Source: Candidatus Dadabacteria bacterium
Lineage (GTDB): Bacteria; Desulfobacterota_D; UBA1144; Nemesobacterales; CSP1-2
Assembly: GCA_963805855.1 (NCBI GenBank)
Contig: CAWDVW010000007.1
Coordinates: 544,001 to 608,000 of the forward strand
Reading direction: 5' to 3'
Length of the DNA stretch: 64,000 nucleotides
A program made the translations under genes and the position numbers. The number at the start of each line of letters is the position of its first letter. Position 1 is the first letter of the stretch. Below, piece by piece: positions 59,790 through 64,000 of the stretch. Below the pieces are notes generated by a model. The model ran no database searches and had not been told where the DNA came from. It saw nothing but the letters and a program-made list of their open reading frames with translations.

Positions 59790-60917
59790 TCACTGGGTTT
59801 TATCGACGAACCCTTCCTCATCTCCGCCCGGGCCGTAGTGGCAGTTGTAGCACCAGCCGCTATCGATGGTGATGTCTGCGGGATCATCCTCTTTTGAGGT
59901 CAAAGTGTCGTGGCAGATCATGCATTGAGCAGGGTCTTCGCCCTCGGTATCACCATGATTGTCCTGCGTGGCCGAGCCAAGAATCCACGTCGATAAAGGA
60001 GGCATAATAGCAAAGGGGAAGGGATGGTTAGTATTAAGGGGTGTAAAAGAAGACACCGGATCCGCCGTGCCGAGCACGTTTATCTCTAGACTTTGGGGAT
60101 TGGTCTTCACGGAGATTAGGACGTAGGCGAACTCCTCTGGGGAGACGTCGGTGCCATCTGAGTACTTAACCACTGGATGTTCGTCTTGTCCTTTGGAGAA
60201 GGTTAGGATGCGGTATGTCGGATCTTCCAAGCTGCCGATGACCGTCGCCCGTAACGCTTCCCCCACAAACTGGTTAACATTTACTGTTGGGTCATCAATG
60301 CGTGTCGGCACAAGATCATCGCCCAGGTCATTCACCTCGATGAAGAAATCGCCCATCGTCACGCCGCTCAGATCAAACACTGCAGTTGTGCCGTCCATCG
60401 ATATGGTTCCCGTCGCGACGACCATGCTATCCGTATCAAGCAGTTCAGCCTTTGTGAAGGATGTCGCCTTGGTGTCTCCGTGGGTTATGCTGGGGTCCAG
60501 GGTGAGCGAAAGTGTGGCACCTGGGGGGGGTGTAGGTGTAGGGCCAGGGGTTGGTGTGGGAGCAGGCGTTGGTGTGGGAGCAGGCGTTGGTGTGGGAGCA
60601 GGCGTTGGTGTGGGTGTCGGCGCTGGTGTGGGAGTCGCAGTCGGCGTGGGTGTCGGACTGACTATCGGGATACACAACCCAAGATCTGCAGAACATTGCG
60701 CATTTTGGAAGAATTGTCCTCCCTGATCTGTACAGTTGTTTTGATCTATATTACCCTGACAAGTTTCAAGAAATTCACAACAATTCTTGCCCCCTTGATC
60801 TCTATTGTCGATGTCACAGCTATACAGTGCATAGAGAGTAAATATTAGTAATGAAAAAAGTAGTAAAAATGTGCCCGACAGTCTTATCCTCTTATTTATA
60901 TTTATTAGCCCACTCAT
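59790..60917 (-). CDS. Diheme lipoprotein cytochrome c with Cys-rich module and Pro/Thr repeat linker
   Basis: Lipobox LYSC, 5-Cys module, (PT/PAPT)n linker, beta domain, CMICH and CYNCH. Confidence 0.85.
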   Translation of the reverse strand: MSGLININKRIRLSGTFLLLFSLLIFTLYALYSCDIDNRDQGGKNCCEFLETCQGNIDQNNCTDQGGQFFQNAQCSADLGLCIPIVSPTPTPTATPTPAPTPTPTPAPTPTPAPTPTPAPTPTPGPTPTPPPGATLSLTLDPSITHGDTKATSFTKAELLDTDSMVVATGTISMDGTTAVFDLSGVTMGDFFIEVNDLGDDLVPTRIDDPTVNVNQFVGEALRATVIGSLEDPTYRILTFSKGQDEHPVVKYSDGTDVSPEEFAYVLISVKTNPQSLEINVLGTADPVSSFTPLNTNHPFPFAIMPPLSTWILGSATQDNHGDTEGEDPAQCMICHDTLTSKEDDPADITIDSGWCYNCHYGPGGDEEGFVDKTQ

Positions 60918-60953
60918 GGTATTTCCTCCTTGAAAGTTAATTTGCCCGTTCCT

Positions 60954-60982
60954 ATTTTAGACCACGGTATGCATGGTGTCAA
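60954..60982 (-). promoter_or_regulatory. Sigma-70 promoter of the 60917 gene
   Basis: TTGACA-N17-TAAAAT on the minus strand, followed by an AGGAGG RBS. Confidence 0.75.
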
Positions 60983-61112
60983 GAAGCAATTTGAAAAGGC
61001 AATTTTCAGCCCCGATGAGAGACGGGAGAATGTTGACGAAGACCCATCCCCGCGCCAGACTATGGGCTATCCCACCAGCAAGACTGGTGGGCTTATATGT
61101 TATGCTTCCCAA

Positions 61113-61250
61113 AGACCAACTTGGAGAGAGGACCCTGGTGGGCTTGTGGCCTGACCACTTTGGGTAGTTATGTCCCTCTCCAAGCTAATCATGCTCTAAG
61201 TTCCATAGTGTTACGTTCCTGGAGAACCCATATAAGAATAACAGAGCATC
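61113..61250 (+). ncRNA. IS110 bridge RNA (target-binding and donor-binding loops)
   Basis: Stem 61120-61133/61172-61184 encloses CTGGTGGGCT and TGGGTAG. Stem 61191-61197/61243-61249 encloses CATAGTGTTAC and CATATAAG. The RNA boundaries are approximate. Confidence 0.85.
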
Positions 61251-61288
61251 GAGGTCATTTAAAATCTAATTAATAAGGAGGCATAGAT

Positions 61289-62518
61289 ATGCTTTACTGT
61301 GGTATTGACTGGTCTTGGGAGCAATTAACTTTGTTCATCATAGATGACAAAGGTAATCCGATTAAAGATTTTGTAATCAACAATGATCTCGATGGCTTCA
61401 TGTATGCCCTTTCCACTATTCGTCACCTGTGTAAAGAGCACGAGATCATCTTCGCCATTGAGACCTCTAATCAAAGGGTTATAGACTTTTTAATCAGCTA
61501 CGACTACAAGGTCTATCTAATAAATTCCAACTCTATGGATAAGTTCAGAAAGAGGTATAAGACTTCAGGTGTAAAAAGCGATAGTTTCGACGCATTTGTT
61601 ATAGCAAATGTCTTGCGCACAGACATAAGTACTTTGAATGCAGTCACTGCAGACGATCAACTCACCCAAGAGCTCGGAATCGTTCTAAGGGATAGAGAAT
61701 CACTCGTTGAACTTAAGACGAAACTATCGAATCAGCTCAGAGATTCTCTGCGACAATATTTTCCACAGGCCCTCAATCTATTCAATGATATATCTTGTAT
61801 TGTGTCTCTGCAGTTCTTAGAGGCTTTTCCCACACACTGTGATGCTCAGAAGGCTACAAAGAAACAAATACAATCAGTTCTTAGAGAAAATGGCTATTAT
61901 TCTGAGAAGAAATTGCGAGAGATAACCCGAGTCCTAAGGAAAGAGCACTTTCCTCCAAGAGCCAACTTAATAAGGGCTGAGAAAGAATTTACACTTTTCC
62001 TTGTATCCATGATTAAACCACTAATACGGCAGATTAAGGCTTACGATGAGAAGATTGAGTCTCTTTTAGAAAAACACCCTGATACTAAGCTATTCTTAAG
62101 CCTACCGGGGGTAGGAAATAACTTGGCTGGTGGCATGATATCTACCCTGAGAGATGATCGGTCTAGATTTGACTCAGCTAAACAAATCCAATCCCTAGGA
62201 GGCACTGCCCCCATAACTAAATCAAGTGGTAATTATACGTATACTCAATTCAGATTCAGGTGCAACAAGACCTTAAGAAAAACCCTGCATCAATTTGCCT
62301 TCAGTAGCATTACGAAATCCCTTTGGGCTAAGAATTACTACAACAAAAAGCGTGGTGAGGGAAAAACAAGTTCACATGCTTTCCGGTGTCTTGCTAATGC
62401 ATGGGTTAAAGTTATATTTGCTGTCTGGAAAAACAAAACCGTTTATGATGAGAACCGTCATCTAGCATCTGTTTCGAGACATATGATGTCGCAAGATTAT
62501 GTGTTACCTTTGACATAG
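61289..62518 (+). CDS. IS110 family DEDD recombinase/transposase
   Basis: GIDWS, AIET, KSDSFDA, SLPGVG, GTAP...SSG (catalytic Ser) and AGGAGG RBS. Confidence 0.96.
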   Translation: MLYCGIDWSWEQLTLFIIDDKGNPIKDFVINNDLDGFMYALSTIRHLCKEHEIIFAIETSNQRVIDFLISYDYKVYLINSNSMDKFRKRYKTSGVKSDSFDAFVIANVLRTDISTLNAVTADDQLTQELGIVLRDRESLVELKTKLSNQLRDSLRQYFPQALNLFNDISCIVSLQFLEAFPTHCDAQKATKKQIQSVLRENGYYSEKKLREITRVLRKEHFPPRANLIRAEKEFTLFLVSMIKPLIRQIKAYDEKIESLLEKHPDTKLFLSLPGVGNNLAGGMISTLRDDRSRFDSAKQIQSLGGTAPITKSSGNYTYTQFRFRCNKTLRKTLHQFAFSSITKSLWAKNYYNKKRGEGKTSSHAFRCLANAWVKVIFAVWKNKTVYDENRHLASVSRHMMSQDYVLPLT

Positions 62519-62574
62519 TGTTACTACCCATTTATTTGTAATTATTTCTTGAATAAGAAAGATTTTGTCTGGAT

Positions 62575-62607
62575 AAAAAAAGGGAGGAGGGTTAACTACC
62601 CTCCTCC
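62575..62607 (-). terminator. Rho-independent terminator
   Basis: GGAGGAGGGT-N5-ACCCTCCTCC with an A7 tract on the + strand. Confidence 0.85.
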
Positions 62608-62642
62608 TAATCTACTGACTTGAATGTCATTTCAATTGGGTT

Positions 62643-64000
62643 TTATTGAGTGGCTAGGAAGTTAGCAATCGCCTGGACTTCTGCAGGTGTGAGAGAACTG
62701 AGGAATCCCATCCCACCCTTATTCTCGTCAATAGCAGTTTGTATCTGGGACGCGGAATCCCCTTGGACATTTACGCCACTGCTGCCTCCAGAACCATCGG
62801 GACCGTGACACCCAGCGCAGTTAGCTGCATAAAGAGCAGCACCATCCTGAGGAATAGGAGTAGCTGTCGGCATTGGTGTGGGAGTGGCTGTTGGAGTAGG
62901 AGTCGGAGTGGCTGTTGGTGTAGCTGTCGGCGTTGGCGTGGGAGTGGCTGTCGGTGTGGGTGTTGGTGTAGCTGTCGGCGTTGGCGTAGGAGTAGCTGTC
63001 GGTGTAGGAGTTGGAATAGGCACTAGGCCGGATCTCAGTTCACAATCATCCGTATCCACCGAAGAACTGTCTCTTTGATCGACAGCCTGCACGCCGCCGT
63101 CAATTACACAAATTGCAAATGGATCCCCAGATGGAAGAAAGTCCACTATAGAGTTATCTTCAGACAAGACTCCATTATTATCTGCAGTGACGAATATATT
63201 GCCTCCCACCAGAGCCACTGCCGAGTCGTTGGAAGTGCGAATCCCGTTATTACTCGCATTAATCGTCAGTGTTGGTGTCGCAGTTGCGTTAAGATTAACA
63301 TTCGCAGAATCCTGAGCAAGAATTCCATCTTCACAATTGTCGAGTGTAAGGTCGGCTACCACGATGTCGACACTGGAATCTCCCGAAGCTCCAATACAAT
63401 TCTCGCCTTCCCCTTCTACCGTAAGATCGGCGTTCGGTTCATTAATTGAAAATATCCCGCTACCACTCGTTCGGATTACAGGAGAGGTGATGTCAAAGTT
63501 ATCAATTTGCAAAGTGGGCGGATCGACATCTGTAATAAAAGTCAAATCTAAATCGACAGTACTGCTCGAAGTAACATTTATCTGAATACTCGCGCTTTCA
63601 GTAGCCGGTGGAAGAAGTGAAACCGTAATGGTATATGCGCCTCCCGACGGAACGTCGAGAGAATAGTTACCCAAATCATCGGTCGTAGTCGAAGTAACCA
63701 GGGACCCGTTCTGGAAAACCTCGACGAGAACAGATTCGCCCACCTGGGCAATAGAATCTTTTGTAAGTGTAAGAAAATTCTTGATCCTTTCTAATATCGA
63801 AGGCTTTTCCGGCGCTGGCGCATTCATCGCACCAGGGCCAACCACATTTATGGTGCCGACTATCAAAGTCTGACCTTTACCCCCTTGATCTCTGTTGTTT
63901 ATATCACAGCTATATAGTGCAAATACAGCGAGCAATAATAATGAGAAAATGAGTACGGATGCGCCTGATACTCTTACCCTCCTATTTATACTCTTTAAAC
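62643..64000 (-). CDS. Lipoprotein with Pro/Thr repeats and a C-terminal PgcA-like monoheme domain; start lies just outside the window
   Basis: The frame is open to the window edge (LKSINRRVRVSGASVLIFSLLLLAVFALYSC). It has a long (PT/ATPT)n tract, then DGAALYAANCAGCH...NKGGMGFLSSLT. Confidence 0.88.
   Translation of the reverse strand, partial: LKSINRRVRVSGASVLIFSLLLLAVFALYSCDINNRDQGGKGQTLIVGTINVVGPGAMNAPAPEKPSILERIKNFLTLTKDSIAQVGESVLVEVFQNGSLVTSTTTDDLGNYSLDVPSGGAYTITVSLLPPATESASIQINVTSSSTVDLDLTFITDVDPPTLQIDNFDITSPVIRTSGSGIFSINEPNADLTVEGEGENCIGASGDSSVDIVVADLTLDNCEDGILAQDSANVNLNATATPTLTINASNNGIRTSNDSAVALVGGNIFVTADNNGVLSEDNSIVDFLPSGDPFAICVIDGGVQAVDQRDSSSVDTDDCELRSGLVPIPTPTPTATPTPTPTATPTPTPTATPTPTPTATPTATPTPTPTATPTPMPTATPIPQDGAALYAANCAGCHGPDGSGGSSGVNVQGDSASQIQTAIDENKGGMGFLSSLTPAEVQAIANFLATQ

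Larger units (their letters stand above)
61092..62525 (+). mobile_element. Complete IS110-family element flanked by CT core dinucleotides
   Basis: CT at 61092-61093 and 62524-62525. The ends are defined by matches of all four bridge-RNA guides to the junction sequences and by a promoter that forms only on circularisation. Confidence 0.9.

Noticed and set aside
60918-61060. Cyclic dinucleotide (GEMM) riboswitch, as found upstream of Geobacter pgcA
   Set aside because: The promoter lies ~35 nt from the start codon and no GEMM-like motif is visible. The upstream region of the PgcA-like gene is outside the window.
60930-61167. Short ORFs 60930-61154 and 60973-61167
   Set aside because: They span a promoter, the target palindrome and the bridge RNA, and show no protein features.
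60977-62515. TGTCAA / TTGACA as terminal inverted repeats of the IS
   Set aside because: The left hexamer is the -35 of the 60917 gene promoter, and the guide matches place the true left end at 61092.
60151-63078. Gly/Val-rich and Cys/Trp/Arg-rich + strand ORFs (60151-60726, 60480-60848, 62739-63026, 62878-63078) and the tandem repeats under them
   Set aside because: They are antisense shadows of Pro/Thr coding repeats. There are no unique spacers, so this is not a CRISPR array.

Overview
Bacterial chromosomal window whose gene content looks Desulfobacterota/'deltaproteobacterial' (inference). The first ~10 kb is housekeeping: a transglutaminase-like gene running off the window, uvrB, an ECF sigma/anti-sigma/Spy triad, an MFS exporter, a cobA-hemD fusion and a frameshifted rsmE. 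The remaining ~54 kb is a dense respiratory island encoding about 19 proteins with c-type heme motifs (by my count 85 CxxCH plus 3 atypical motifs). It contains a System I*-type ccm operon, feoB with a DtxR regulator, an octaheme/NrfC/NrfD complex, adjacent CbcL-like and ImcH-like quinol dehydrogenases, a second split CbcL-like pair, and a Rieske/cytochrome b complex with two pentahemes. It also contains hemA, a large multiheme lipoprotein, an MtrC/OmcA-type decaheme with a short porin but no MtrA/MtrB, and two Pro/Thr-repeat lipoprotein cytochromes (one with a PgcA-like heme domain). About ten sigma-54 -24/-12 elements sit in front of these operons, and both sensor kinases carry a periplasmic heme-attachment motif. 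Near the right end is an intact IS110 element (61092-62525). Its bridge RNA, all four guide segments, CT core, circle-junction promoter and REP-like target can be read directly from the sequence. Several +1 frameshifts may be sequencing errors. I found no rRNA, tRNA or CRISPR array.
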